Numbered from the stretch's first letter, positions 1 through 13,057 are shown. The stretch: 58,844 nt of DNA from Octopus bimaculoides (GCF_001194135.2 NC_068987.1:82065655-82124498); one strand, 5' to 3'. Made by a program: numbers and translations. The notes: generated from the letters alone by a model not told the origin.

Positions 1-37
<37 letters not shown>

Positions 38-39
<2 letters not shown>

Positions 40-408
40 TGCAAGCATAGGTGTATGGTAAGAAGTTTACTTCTCAACCATGTGGTTCCGGGTTCAGTCC
101 CATTGTGTGGCACTTTGGGAGAGTGTCTTCTACTATAGGCTTGGGCCGACCAAAGCATTGTGAGTGGATTTGGTAAATGGAAACTGAAAGAAGCTCATCA
201 TATGTGTGTGTGTGTGTGTTTGTCTCCCCACCATCACTTAACAACTGATGTTGGTCTGTTTACGTCTCCGTAAACTAGCAGTTCAGCAAAAGGGAATGAT
301 AGAATAAGTACTAGGCTCACAAAAAATAAGTCCTGGGGTCAAATTGTTCGACTAAAGGCGGTGCCCCAGAATGGCCACAGTCAAATGACTGAAACAAGTA
401 AGAGAAAT
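38..408 (+). mobile_element. tRNA-derived SINE, family A (octopus OK/OR-type), full length
   Basis: tRNA-like head with B-box-like GGTTCAGTCC, central (TG)n and 3' end ...GACTGAAACAAGTAA; recurs more than 15 times in the window. Confidence 0.85.
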
Positions 409-589
409 CTAATTTTCATTCTTTATAATGGTTGCATGGTTAAGAAACTTGCTTTGTAACTTCTTGGTTTTGGGTTCAGTTCCACTGTGCAGCTGGTTGG
501 GCAAGTGTCTTTTACTAAAGTTCTGAACTGATGAAAACCCTGCAAGGGAATTTGGTGGAAGGAAACTGTATGGAAGCCGATCATACATG

Positions 590-790
590 CCATGTAAAAA
601 GCACCCAGTGCACTCTGTAAAGTGGCTGGTGTTAAGAAGGGCATCCAGTTGTAGAAACCATGTCAAAAGAGATGACTACAGCCTGATGCAACCTCAAGTT
701 TCCTAGCTCTTGTCAAACCACCCAGCCTATGCCAACATGGAAAATGGATGTTAAATGATGCTGATGATCAAGATGATGATGATGATGATG
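590..790 (+). mobile_element. RTE-LINE 3' end with (GAT)n tail
   Basis: AAAAAGCACCC...GGCATCCAG...GTTAAATGATG followed by a GAT tail; recurs many times in the window. Confidence 0.7.
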
Positions 791-839
791 ATATATATAT
801 ATATATTTTAATATGAGCATGTATGTTTGAAAAGGTTCA

Positions 840-1020
840 CATCATTATCATCATTTAGCATCTACTTTCCATGCTGGCATAGGTTGGATGATTGGACTGA
901 GGAAATGCCAGCTGGGAGGCTGCATCAGGCTCCAGTCTGATCTGACTAGGTTTCTACAGCTGGATGCCCTTCCTAATGCCAACCATTTCGAGAGTGTAGT
1001 GAGTGCTTTTTTATGTGCCA
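840..1020 (-). mobile_element. RTE-LINE 3' end
   Basis: Reverse-complement copy of the same 3' UTR family. Confidence 0.7.
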
Positions 1021-1142
1021 AAAACACTTCTTCATAAAAGATTTCATAACATTTCTTAAAAAAATAATGTTTTTAAAAAAATCACCTTTACACTTCAAAA
1101 AATGTATTAAGGAATTCTCATAGACTTTTCAAATATATATAT

Positions 1143-1195
1143 ATATCTTCGAAACGTCTGGATAGAATAGAGACAGCTGATGAAGGGATATTCCA
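1143..1195 (+). ncRNA. Permuted or partial hammerhead-like motif
   Basis: AUAUCUUC-GAAA-CGUC...CAG-CUGAUGA-A-GGGAUAU; both core halves are present but stem I is weak. Confidence 0.3.
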
Positions 1196-1553
1196 AGGGG
1201 CTTTCCGTTTTCCTATGTGTTCGTTCCGTTGTCTGTAGTTTATTGTTCTAACGTCCTGTACCCTGATATGCATGTATATACACATGTAGATGTAAGTATG
1301 TANNNNNNNNNNNNNNNNNNNNNNNNNNNNNNNNNNNNNNNNNNNNNNNNNNNNNNNNNNNNNNNNNNNNNNNNNNNNNNNNNNNNNNNNNNNNNNNNNN
1401 NNNNNNNNNNNNNNNNNNNNNNNNNNNNNNNNNNNNNNNNNNNNNNNNNNNNNNNNNNNNNNNNNNNNNNNNNNNNNNNNNNNNNNNNNNNNNNNNNNNN
1501 NNNNNNNNNNNNNNNNNNNNNNNNNNNNNNNNNNNNNNNNNNNNNNNNNNNNN

Positions 1554-1592
<39 letters not shown>

Positions 1593-1597
1593 ATATA

Positions 1598-1740
1598 AAA
1601 CCCAAATTAAATGCAAATGTTGAAGTGAAACTAACAGTTTTTGGGAATTCTTATATGGTTTACAAACGTCTTCCATGCAGCAATTGTTTTTTCAGCATAT
1701 GATCTCAGATCAAGTCACTTGCTATGCAAGTACATCTTCG
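1598..1740 (+). mobile_element. Partial copy of the element at 18869-19215, truncated before the HHR
   Basis: AAATGTTGAAGTGAA...GATCTCAGATCAAGTCACTTGCTATGCAAGTACATC matches the right arm and the reverse complement of the left terminus; (TA)n on both sides. Confidence 0.75.
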
Positions 1741-1934
1741 TAATATATATATATGTATGTATGTGTATATGTATATGTTTCACTTAAAAGGGTTCATTTG
1801 GAATCAAGGTACATCAACATGTAGAATGTTACCCATTGGGCAGGGGAATCTCACAGAGCATTGATCTAATACATTCACTGTGTACATGCAACTGACTTTT
1901 GTTGTTTTTTCCTGTTTTTATTTTTAATTTCTCT

Positions 1935-1981
<47 letters not shown>

Positions 1982-3267
1982 AATATATATATATATATAT
2001 ATGTGTGTGAGTGTGTGTGTATACATAAATAAAAAGAGCATTGAATACTAAAACACGCTCACATAGGACAGACACAGAAGAACCCCAATTCTTCATCAGT
2101 TATCAACCAAAATACTAATACTCAGTTTCATGCCTTTAATGATAAGAATGAGGACTTCACATATCAGCAGCACCTGCAAAATTTGCAGGGAATTAAGGCT
2201 CAAGGAAAGAAAACGATAACAGAGTGGACATATGAAAGTAAACAAATGTAATTTAAAATAATAGATGAAGATGGAATGAATACAGCCTTTCAGCCAAATA
2301 GTCAAGAATGGTGGGTAATGCAGGAGTGGCTGTGTGGCAAGTAGATTGGGGTACAAGCACAAGCACACACACACACAATGGGGCTTTTCCCACAGTTTCC
2401 ATCTACCAAATCCACTCACAAGGCACTGGCTGAGCTGGAGCAATAGGAGAAAGTACTCGGTCTGAGGTGGTGCACAGTGGGACTGAACCGAAAAACCATG
2501 TGGCAGCAAAATCAGCTTCTTAACCAGACAGCCATGCTTGGAAATTTCTAGAACTCTGTGTCAAATTGCAGAAAACTTTTAGATTGATAGAAGCTGGAGG
2601 AGGGGGAGGAGGAGGAGAAGAAGCTGAAGAAGAAGAAGAAGAAGAAGAAGAAGAAGAAGAAGAAGAAGAAGAAGAAGAAGAAGAAGGTTCTTGTGCTATT
2701 TACTACATTTAATGATGTAAGGTCATATGTTATTGTCAGATTGAATAGCTTTATGGTTTCATTGTCATGCTTGCTTTACTAGCGGATGTACTGTTATTCT
2801 GCTCAAAACATGACCTTTTATTATCTGTCAACGATGATGGATGGGGCCATTGATATTTTTGATTGACACCAAAATAAAATGTGGAACTGTCATCTCTTCG
2901 CATCACAATTCCTTCAAAAGTTCTCAGCACATTTTTCTGTTTTACTTTCCAACTTTTAAACTTTTCTTTCCTTCTGACAGGTATATTAAAGTCTGCGTCA
3001 TTACAGCATTTATTTCTTGTGGTGGTGCCTTGCAGTTCCTTTTATTATAACAGACTACATTTACTGGAATTAAGCAATGTTCTTTCTAATATTATCTGAT
3101 TTAAGGAAGTAGAAGAAGGTATTTTAACAATTTTGAAAAATATCAAAACAAGAATCTATTTTTAGTTTGAAGCAAAGAATAAGTATTTATAGAAGTTATG
3201 AAGCATTTTAATACATAATAACGGTTTTTTTCCTAATTTTTGTTATTTTGTAATTTACCGTTTTTCC

Positions 3268-3656
3268 TTTTACTTTCTTCAGTCATCACACTGTGGCCAT
3301 GCTGGAGCAACACTTTGAAGAATTTCTTGTTGAATGAATCGAACCCAATACTTAGTTAATTTATTTTAAGCCTAGTGCTTATTCTATCAGTCTCTTTCAC
3401 TGGACTGCTAAGTTACAGGGATGTAAACACACCAACACCAGTTGTCAAGTGGTGGTGGGGGACAAACAAACACACATACACACGCATGTTTGTATGTGAT
3501 AAGCTTTCAGATTCTGTCTACTAAATCCACTCACGAGGCTTTGGTCAGTCTGAGGCTACAATAAAAGACACTTGCCCAAGTTGCCATGCAGTGGGACTGA
3601 ACCTGGAACCATGTGGTTGGGAAGCAAACTTCTTACTCAACAGCCATGCCTGCACC
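3268..3656 (-). mobile_element. SINE family A, full length
   Basis: Reverse complement of 38-408. Confidence 0.85.
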
Positions 3657-3989
3657 TTTATAGAAATGAAATATAACTAATTTTTTGTTTGCTTCAGACA
3701 TTGAACTGAGGCCATGCTGGGGCACCACTTTGAAGGGTTTTTGTAGAATATGTTTTTAAGCCTGGTATGTATTCTATTGGCTTATTTTGCTAAGCTGCTA
3801 CTTCATGTGGATGTAAACAAACTAACACCAGTTGTCAAGCAGTGTCGAGGGATAAACGCAGGCATAAAAACACACAAAAAAAAATATATATAAATATTAA
3901 TATACATATGTGTATATAACGCGTGTGTTTGTGTTTGTATGTGAGGGGTGCAATTGGATGTATGTATGTATGCCTGAATGGTTCTAGAT

Positions 3990-5290
3990 AGATTCCAATA
4001 TGGTAAATTCCACTACGGTAAATTTTACTATAGGTAATATGAATACATTTTAGATCAAATTTTATTCACACATAAAGATAAAAATGACAGCGAGCACATA
4101 AAAATAAAGTTATGAGAAAAGCTTAATATATCTGAAAAAAAAATCTTTTATGACAAATTGCGAGCAATATTTCTTAAAAATTGCAGAGCATCTTCAGATT
4201 GATAATTCTCAACTAGTTTCTTTAGTCATGCATCAATCATTTGATAAGACTTTTTTTGTTGTTGTTGAGTCTCCATGTCAAATGTGTGCAATTTTCATCT
4301 GGCTTAAGCCTTCTTCAGTCTTAAGGGCATTGTAAAGTTTCCACAAATTTGGATGTGTGGATGTTTTCGATGACTGCAAAGCATTGTGGAACCCTTCTAC
4401 CAAATTATTTGCTCTTGGCAAGTCATTTAAAATGCAGTCACGTATATTACAGAATTGGATAGGAAACTGTGGGGCTTCAATGAAAAGTGAAGTAATGAGA
4501 ACAAGCACAGAATCTTCACGGGAAGTAATAGCTACTGCTGTACAAAATTTTGATGAGGAAGCACAATCATTGTTGCAAATTATTCCTGGACTTTCACATA
4601 ACATATGTATCTAGAGGCAGCATGCTTTAGGAATCCCAACACTTCCAACTTGTTGTTCAGGGTTTGAAATTCCTGATGCAGTTAAGTAGTTAGAAAATGA
4701 GTCCTTGTTTTAGTCTTTGACAGTGGCATTGATGACTCAGACAGAATTTTAGTTTTTCCTCAGAAAAAGTCTTGGATGATCTAGAAAGCTCTGAAAATTG
4801 GGCCTATAGTGGGACTTTTAAGGGGTCTTCTAGTTTGTGGTGTCAGCTTTTCATGCTACATTTCACTGTTGGAGGGTCATGTGTACCCAGGCTATTTGTC
4901 TTACTTCCTGACCAAAAAGAAGCCTCGTATCATCGAGTTCTGTCTACTGTGCGGGATTTAAGGGTAAATTGTCAACCTGCCACCTGTCTCATAGACTTTG
5001 ATAAAGCTCTCCATGATTCATTTGTTTCTATATTTCCACATTTAGAAGTAGTTGGGAGTGTTTTTCATCTCAGCCAGTCTATTTGGCTGTAGGTATGTGC
5101 ACTTGGTGAGAGTAGGAGATACAACATGGATGAAAGTTTGTGGCTTAAAATTAAGTGTTTTTGCGCTTTGGCATTTTTACCATATGAAGACATTGTCAAT
5201 GGATTTGAAGATTTGTCTGATGGTGAAAGCATCCCTTCTGAGTTTATCACTTATTTTGAGAATTCATACATTGGGACTGTAAGGGGACCC
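3990..5290. mobile_element. Decayed Mutator-like (MULE) transposase with an internal inversion
   Basis: Plus strand ~4478-5290 gives GTFK...LFVLLPDQ...DFDKAL...FHLSQSIW...CALAFLP...YFENSYIG; minus strand below ~4478 gives LPRANNLVEGFHNAL...HPNLWKL; several stops and frameshifts. Confidence 0.85.
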
Positions 5291-5304
5291 CCAGTGTTTA
5301 ACTG

Positions 5305-5660
5305 GTATGTTGTTGTCATGGCTGATGACAGTACGTGCTGGTGGCACAGAAAAAGCACAATTCGAGCATGATCATTACCAATGCCGCTTGACTAGATCCT
5401 GTGCCAGTGACATGTAAAAAGCACCACTTAAGTGTGGTTGATGCCAGTGTTGGCTGACTGGCCCTCATACCGATGGAACATAAAAAGCACCCACTACACT
5501 CTTGGAAGGGCATCCAACTGTAGAAACTTTGCCAGATCAGATTTGAGCCTGGTGCAACCTTCTGGCTTGCCAGCCCTCAGTCAAACTGTCAAACCCATAC
5601 CAGCATAGAAAGCAGATGTTAAATGACAAATGACAATGATGATGATGATGATGATGATAT
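5305..5660 (+). mobile_element. RTE-LINE 3' end with (GAT)n tail
   Basis: Same 3' UTR family, includes internal repeat units. Confidence 0.75.
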
Positions 5661-6334
5661 TAACCCCAAGAGGATGAAAAGCAAAGTTGAACTTGACAGA
5701 ATATGAACTTAAATATAAAGAGTTGAAGCTGTAAGGAACAGCACTGGGCATTTTGTATGCTCTGCTAACAATTCTGCCAACTCACTGTTTTATTAGGAGA
5801 CATAATAATGAAAATACATTTCTAGCCAACAAATCTCATTTAACATAAATCTACCTTTGTCTGAAGCAATTTATTCCACCATTATTAGAAGGAACTTGTT
5901 TTTGCATGCAAATTACAGAACTGATTTTTAAGTAAACCTCTTACAATCAAAGGTTGTGTCACACAGTAAAACAATAATCTAAGTCAGAAATAAAACCTTA
6001 TTTTCTAAATTACTGGCCATATATTTTCTTTTTACCTTGACAAAATGCCAGTAATCTTTTGTTTTATCTGACAAATTTACCTGCATTCTAGAATTTATCT
6101 TGTCAACATGTTTATTTTTAAAATGCTAAAACAGTACTCTATCACAGACAAATGTCATCTTCAAAGTGCTTCTTTGGATGTTTTGGATAAAATTCTTTTC
6201 CAATATTTGAAAGACTGATTTGAAGCACGCAGATAAATACGTTTGAAATTTTATAAATAAAAATGTAGTAGTAGCAGTAGTAATAGTAGTGTGGTTTGTT
6301 TGTTATCATTCACGCAGAAAGTGACACCGAGGTA

Positions 6335-6500
6335 CACCTTGCAAAGTGGAGAAAAATTAAACCATTTTTTTTTATATATATGGATGACTTAAAGATCTTT
6401 GGGAGGACCAAACGTGAAATAAATGGTCTGATCTCAACAGCGCAGATAACCAGTAAAGACATTGGGATGGAATTTGGGACTAAAAAGTGTGGTATGCTTA
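6335..6500 (+). pseudogene. Reverse transcriptase fragment, R4/Dong-type non-LTR retrotransposon
   Basis: YMDDLKIFGRTKREINGL...SKDIGMEFGTKKCGML covers the catalytic YxDD region. Confidence 0.75.
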
Positions 6501-6734
6501 TATTCTTTTATTCTTTTACTTGTTTCAGTCATTCGACTGTGGCCATGCTGATACATCACCTTTAGTCAAACAAATTGACCCCAGGACTTATTCTTTGTAA
6601 GCCTAGTACTTATTCTATCGGTCTCTTTTGCCAAGCCACTAAGTTACGGGGACATAAACATACCACCATCGGTTGTCAAGTGATGTTGGGGGGACAAACA
6701 CAGACACACACACAAAAATATTGTACATATATAC

Positions 6735-7025
6735 ATCATCATCATCATCAACATCGTTTAACGTCCGCTTTCCATGCTAGCATGGGTTGGACGACTTGAC
6801 TGAGTACTGGTGAAACCAGATGGCAACACCAGGCTCCAATCTAAATTTGGCAGAGTTTCTACAGCTGGATGCCCTTCCTAACGCCAACCACTCAGAGAGT
6901 GTAGTGGGTGCTTTTACATGTCACCTGCACGAAGGCCAGTCAGGCGATACTGGCAACGGCCATGCTCGAAATGGTGTCTTTTATGTGCCACCCACACAAG
7001 CCAGTCCAGGGGCACTGGCAACAAT
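6735..7025 (-). mobile_element. RTE-LINE 3' end, young copy
   Basis: CATCGTTTAACGTCCGCTTTCCATGCTAGCATGGGTTGGACG is identical to the copy at ~22664. Confidence 0.8.
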
Positions 7026-7837
7026 CTTGCTATATATATTAAATCCAAAAAATGACTAAAAAATGAAATTGCAAGAGCGTGGGCAATGAGGAGGGTAACT
7101 GTTATCCCAGTAGTTTTAAGGGCATCCGGAGAACTAACATCTAAGTTCAAGAAATATGTTGGAGAAATTGGAATTGACATGAGGGCAGAGCAACTAAGAT
7201 TTTAAGAATATTGGTTAGGCATTGAGTGTCTTCCATGGTAAGTTAATGTCCAAATACCAAGGTTTATAATCTGTGGCAAGAGACCCTGTGAGACTTCTGA
7301 CAACAGGTTGCTGTCTGCTCTCACAGAATTAACCAGGATAAGTAAGACCGAGAGCTCTGAGAAGTAAGATAAGAATAAAAATAGCAGCAACAACAACAAT
7401 CTTTTCTTTATTAACCATAAAAGTTTTAAAAGATATGTAAAACAGAAAATACAAAACTTTCTCTTGGAGTTACAAAGAAATATAGGACAACATTGAGTGT
7501 AAGGAAATGTATTTACAAATTTTGAAGGGAGAAGGTGAAAGACATTATATAATAAATGGAAGAATATGTTAAGATCTTAAAGATACACTTATTTACATAT
7601 ATACACATATATATATATATATTTGTATGGCTTATAAAACCCATAAAAAAGAGATGTTTAAATCTTGGATCAATAACTGTAATTTAATTGAAACTTCTTA
7701 CTTATAAGTATGTATATATATACATATATACATACATATACATTAACATATATACATATATGTATGCATGCATAGGTACATAAGAGTCCTTTCCAAGCTA
7801 TAGGCTCATAAGGCCAGTTTCATGGATTCATAAGTTG

Positions 7838-8000
7838 GTAGGTAGGTCATAGGTAAGCAGGTAAGAAGTAGGAAGGTCATAGGTTTGTCATAGGTAAGTA
7901 GATCAAAGGTAGGTAGGTCAGAGGTAGATATTTTGTACATAGGTCATAAGTGGGTAGGTCGTATTTGGGGAGGTCATAGGAAGGTAGGTCATAAGTAGCC
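7838..8000. repeat. Degenerate GTAGGTCATAGG minisatellite
   Basis: Repeated GGTCATAGG/GTAGGT units. Confidence 0.6.
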
Positions 8001-8584
8001 ATGTCAAAATTCTTCCCTTATCATTTCCTTCCAAATGCAGGAATATTTCAGACAGAAATAGCTCTCCTGTAATCTTAACTGATCTTAATGGCAATCACCG
8101 AATGCTGAAAGTGTAACCCTAAGACTACAATTTAATAATCTGCCACCTGACTAATTAGATCTAACTCATGACTCACAATCTAATTAAATATTCTATCATA
8201 ATTGTCATGGACCAGTTTATTGGTTAGCCTAGAGGAAATTGTGGAAATCAAAACAGTTAAATAAAGCAATTGAAAAATTGACAGAATTTTCATTAAAACT
8301 TGACTGTGTGTTTGAGTATACCATAACATGATTTGAACAAAACACAATCAATTGAAACATCATCATCAACATCATCATTATTGTCATTGTCATCATTATC
8401 CGTATCATTGTTGTCAGTGCCGTCATCACCATCACAATCACCATCATCATCATATCACCATTATCATCATCATCCACATCATCATCATCATCATCATCAT
8501 CATTATCTTCTTCTTCTTCTTCTTCTTCTTCTTCTTCTTCTTCTTCTTCTTCTTCTTCTTCTTCTTCACCACCACCACCACCAC

Positions 8585-8915
8585 CATTTAACATTTGTTT
8601 TCCTGGAAGGTTTGACAGGGGCTAGGCAGCCGTAAAGTTGCACAAAGCTCCAGTTGTTTGTTTTAGTATGGTTTCTATGGCTGGATGCCCTTCCTATTGC
8701 CAACCACTTTACAGGATGTACTGTTGCTTTTTATGTGGCACCAACACCAGTGCCTTATATGTGCAACCAGCATGGGTGCCCTTTATGTGGCACCAGTGCA
8801 GGTGCTAAATATATGGCATCGGTATGGGTGCTTCTTTATGTGACACTGGCATGGGTTCTTTTTATGTGGCACCAGCATAGGTGCTTCAAACATGGCACTG
8901 ACATGGGTGCATTTT
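8585..8915 (-). mobile_element. RTE 3' UTR with expanded ~25-bp repeat units
   Basis: Several TTTTATGTGGCACCAG-like units. Confidence 0.65.
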
Positions 8916-9673
8916 ATGGGCTTCGACGGGTTCCACCTACCAAAATTAACTCACAAAACTTTCATTGGCCTGGGGCTATAGTTGAAGACACTTGCCCAAG
9001 GTACTGCGAGATGGGATTGAACCTGCAACCACTTGGTTGCAAAGAGAGCATTTTAAGCAAATCAACATTGAAGAAACTACTTAATCACATTTTATTATTC
9101 CATCAAGGTTTATTAAGCTCTGGCTATTAACAACATAATATATATATATATNNNNNNNNNNATGTATGTATGCATGTATATATATATATATATATATATA
9201 TTAATGTCCTCATATCTAAAAATAAGAAATAGGGAAAAAAATTTTTTTTTCAAATTGATGAATAATTAAATTATTTGATTTAAGTTTCTCATAAAGTATT
9301 TATTATTTTGATCTTCTGATAATTACAACAATTATCTAACACTGTTAATAGGTTGCAGGGAGAAAAAATAACAAAGACTTAAAAAATTTTTTTTTTAATT
9401 TCTCCCTCTGATAAAGAAACTATTTGATTAGATGGTCTGTTGTTAAGTACAGAGTTGATTATACAGTGTAGATGCTGGAATAAAAGTGTGATAAAATAAA
9501 TTCTGTTCACGTTTGTAAGCTAGACAATTAAGGAAAACAGTCAGTAAAATCACAGCAACATATTTTGTATTCTAAATTGTGTTTTATGTTTATATAAAAA
9601 AAAAAGCAGCTTTTTTTGTCTTTAAAAATTTTTAGGTGAGAAGCAACAAGTGAAGTTGGTGAAAATAATCTGT

Positions 9674-10064
9674 CTTTTTACTTGTTTTAGTTACTGGATT
9701 GTGGCCATGCTGGAACACTCTCTTGAAAGGTTTTACTTTAATAAATCAATGTCAGTACTTATGTTTGTCTTAAAGTCTGGTAATTGTTTCATTAAATGCT
9801 TTTGTTGAACTGCTAAGTTGCAGAAATGTAAAAAAAAAACACCAACAATTGTCAAGTGGTGATGGTGAAGGACAAACACACACACACACACACACATATG
9901 ATGGGCTTCCACTCAGTTTCCATCAACCAAATTCACTCAAAAAAATAATAGATGACCCCTGGCTATTGTAAAAGACATGTACCCAAGGTGCCATGCAGTT
10001 GGATTGAACCCAAAGCCATGGGGTTGCAAAGTGATCTCGTTAACCACACAGCCATGCCTGTGCA
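9674..10064 (-). mobile_element. SINE family A, full length
   Basis: Reverse complement of 38-408. Confidence 0.8.
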
Positions 10065-10299
10065 TTCACAGTTGGTAGGTTTCTTCTTTTTCAAAAAATG
10101 AATACAAAGACAGCCGTGGTTAAGATGTCTACTTCATAATTAAATGATCTGGGATCTAATTCCTCCTCACAGTGCCTCAAGCAATTAAGTTTCTTTTGTA
10201 GAATGTAATCATGGCTTAATCAAATACCTTGTGAGTGGAATTTGGTTAACGGAAACTATGAGGAAGCCTACAGCATATGAATAGATGTGTGCATGTAGG

Positions 10300-10510
10300 A
10301 AGGTGCATGGCTTAGTGGTTAGGGTATTCAGCTCAGGATCGTAAGGCCTTGTGTTTGATACCTGGTAGCACATTGTGTCCTTGAGCAAGGCACTATATTT
10401 CACATTGCTCCAGTTCACTCAGCTGGTAAAACTGAGAGTTGTACCTGTATTTCAAAGGGTCAGCCTTGTCACATTCTGTGTTATGCTGAATCACCTTGAG
10501 AACTACATTA
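10300..10510 (+). mobile_element. tRNA-derived SINE, family B
   Basis: GGTGCATGGCTTAGTGGTTAGG A-box head followed by TTGTGTCCTTGAGCAAGGCACT core. Confidence 0.75.
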
Positions 10511-10560
10511 AACTGTAGGCGCAGTTACCTCCCCTGACGGTAGCTATCTAAATAACTCAC

Positions 10561-10680
10561 CGCTAGATGGCACAGCATGTAACTTTGAGGTTCTGGCACT
10601 TAGCCCTTTCTCTTTGTCAATCGTGACTGCAGTGTGTGAGGACGTGACCTCCTTTAGCTCTTGCATAAGGCACATAACAG
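10561..10680 (-). CDS. Candidate internal exon of an unidentified gene (phase 1-1, 120 nt)
   Basis: tctatcAG acceptor and CG|GTGAGT donor; only one open frame: VMCLMQELKEVTSSHTAVTIDKEKGLSARTSKLHAVPSS. Confidence 0.45.
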
Positions 10681-11234
10681 CTGATAGACATTGAGCAGAT
10701 ATAATGTAGGATACACAGAAGCTGAACATGGCCTTCCCCTCATAAATACCTTTCATGATTTATTCAACTTGTGTATATTTGTGACCTGGAGTAAAATCAT
10801 TTAAAAGCTACAGCTTGGTTCAAGTGGATATTCATTGTACTGTGTTCTTTCTTTGAATGACATCTTCTCTTCCAGCTTTCTGAATAGAGTTGTTATTAGA
10901 TAGCTTCCCCCAAGTGAAGCCACAACAATCTAAAAAGAGTACACGTGTCTGTGGAGTACCCAGCCACTTTCACATTAATTCCTCAAGCAAGCTGTTCTGT
11001 TGATCAGACTAATTGGAAACCTTGTCATCGTAATGGACAGAGTGCCAGTTATATGTGTGCCTGTGTAAGTAAGTGCTATGGATAGACCATAGTTAAGCTC
11101 CAGATTTGGTGATTATGCAAATAAAGAGTCCAACATAGGTCATATATCAGCGTGTGTATATATGAAAATTTTTTTTTTCAGAATGAGCTAAAAAACCAAG
11201 GCTGTGAAGATTTTAGGACATTTATAAATAGAAG

Positions 11235-11282
11235 GTCTTACAGCTGTTTCCAGGATATTTTATATATCCCTTCATTGGAGAC
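11235..11282 (-). ncRNA. Decayed type I hammerhead ribozyme (family 4)
   Basis: GUCU-CCAAUGA-A-GGGAUAU/AUAAA/AUAUCCU-G-GAAA-CAGCUG-UA-AGAC; all three stems pair, but the core has two substitutions relative to CUGAUGA. Confidence 0.65.
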
Positions 11283-11680
11283 AGTGTGAGAAAATAGTTA
11301 AGCAATAGTTAATTTAGATAAAATATGAAATAGAGAGTGAAGTGAAGGAATGAAAATAGATGTGAGATATGCAGGGATATTGCATTTGTAGATCCATTAT
11401 TTAGGCAGCAGAATGGTAGACATATAAGATTCCAATACCTTGTGAGTAAAATCCAATAGTATTTAATGCCAAAAGTCTCAGTCATGGCCCAACACTCAAA
11501 AGGAACTCAGCCCCTTTGCCTCTGTGAGGGCCAATGTCTGAAAGGAACTCAGCCACTTTGCCTCCTTGTTTTGCATTTTGTACCCAAACTATTATCTATA
11601 ATATATTTAACATGTCTAATTTGTTTATCTGCATAACTGTCTCTTTACCTGATCAATTTGGTCCCTCATATGACCTTTCT

Positions 11681-11945
11681 GTTGTGGAAGTGTGTGGCTT
11701 AGTGGTTAGGGTGTCAGCATCATGATCGTAAGATTGTGGTTTCAATTCCTGGATCGGGTGATGCGTTGTGTTCTTGAGCAAAACACTTAATTTCACGTTA
11801 CTCCAGTCCGCTTAGCTGGCAAAAATGAATAACGCTGCGATGGACTGGTGTCCCATCCAGTTGGGGAACACATACGACATTGAAACCGGTAAACCGGGCC
11901 CATGAGCCTGGCTATGCTTTAAAAAGGGCGCATTCATTTTTTATT
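11681..11945 (+). mobile_element. SINE family B with perfect 12-bp TSD
   Basis: TATGACCTTTCT at 11669-11680 and 11946-11957. Confidence 0.9.
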
Positions 11946-12167
11946 TATGACCTTTCTTTACCTTGGGGAATCGATCCCCTGTAAAGACTTTGGAGTCTAA
12001 GTTTCCATCTTTTGAGCGTTACTATCTTCTATATGGAGAATCTCTGGATCTCATCTGTCAACTATATGTGTGTGTGTGTGTTATATGAAAATATTTTTAT
12101 ATATATATATGCACACATAATATACATACATACACACACACACATACATATGTATGTATGTATGTAC

Positions 12168-12212
<45 letters not shown>

Positions 12213-12689
12213 TATATACATAGAAATATATACATACATGCATACACACAAACACATATACATGTCTGTATGTGCGTCTGTACATGTTTTACCATTGTAA
12301 ATTGATGCTTTGAATGCATCTGTTTTATGCCAAAATGTTGCTATCAATAACTAAAGATCAATAACGTAGAGCCAGACTGAAATAATTACTATGGTTGCTA
12401 TGCTTGACTATAAAAACATTGATGGTGGTGCTGTAGCATGGCCAGAATCAAATGACTGGAACTTGTAAGAGAAGATAATAGAGTACAATGAGACTGAGGA
12501 ATTGTAGAAAGTTCTGAACAATGGACTAAACTTCTTATAATATTCTGTTATACTCATCAATGTCCCAAGTTCAAATTCTGCAAGGGAAAGACTTCACTTT
12601 CCATCACTCTAAAATCAATAAAATAAGAACTTTAATTCAATGGAGAGGAAGCAATCAATCAATAGATTCCATGACAAATCTTTAGCTTG

Positions 12690-12980
12690 GCATCATGTAA
12701 AAAGTACCCTTGATGATACCACATGAAAAGCACCCTTGGCAGCGCCTTATGAAAAGCACCAGGGCCAGTGCCTTGTAGAATATGCCCAGGCTCATACCAT
12801 GTAAAGTGCAGTCATGCTGGTGCCACTTAAGAAATGCTTCTACCAATGCCAGATAAAGAAGCACTGGCGCTGGCTTCATGTAAACACCATCCATACCAGT
12901 TCCACATAAAGCACCCAGTACACTATAAAGTGATTGGCATTAGGAAGAACGTCCAGCCATAGAAACCATGCCAAAAGAGG
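12690..12980 (+). mobile_element. RTE 3' UTR with expanded repeat units
   Basis: Repeated AAAAGCACC...GTGCC units followed by the conserved TTAGGAAG...CCAGC block. Confidence 0.6.
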
Positions 12981-13002
12981 TGATATATATGTGTGTATAC
13001 AT

Positions 13003-13057
<55 letters not shown>

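Noticed and set aside
2040-2105. CUGAUGA-A-GAA/UUGGGG/UUC on the minus strand
   Set aside because: No GAAA or stem III follows
2980-3119. Plus-strand AG...GT exon-like segment
   Set aside because: Stops in all three frames; at most a non-coding exon, with no further support
10520-10550. Resemblance to the U1 snRNA 5' end on the minus strand
   Set aside because: Only about 25 nt with several mismatches including the ACUUACC motif; the rest of U1 is absent
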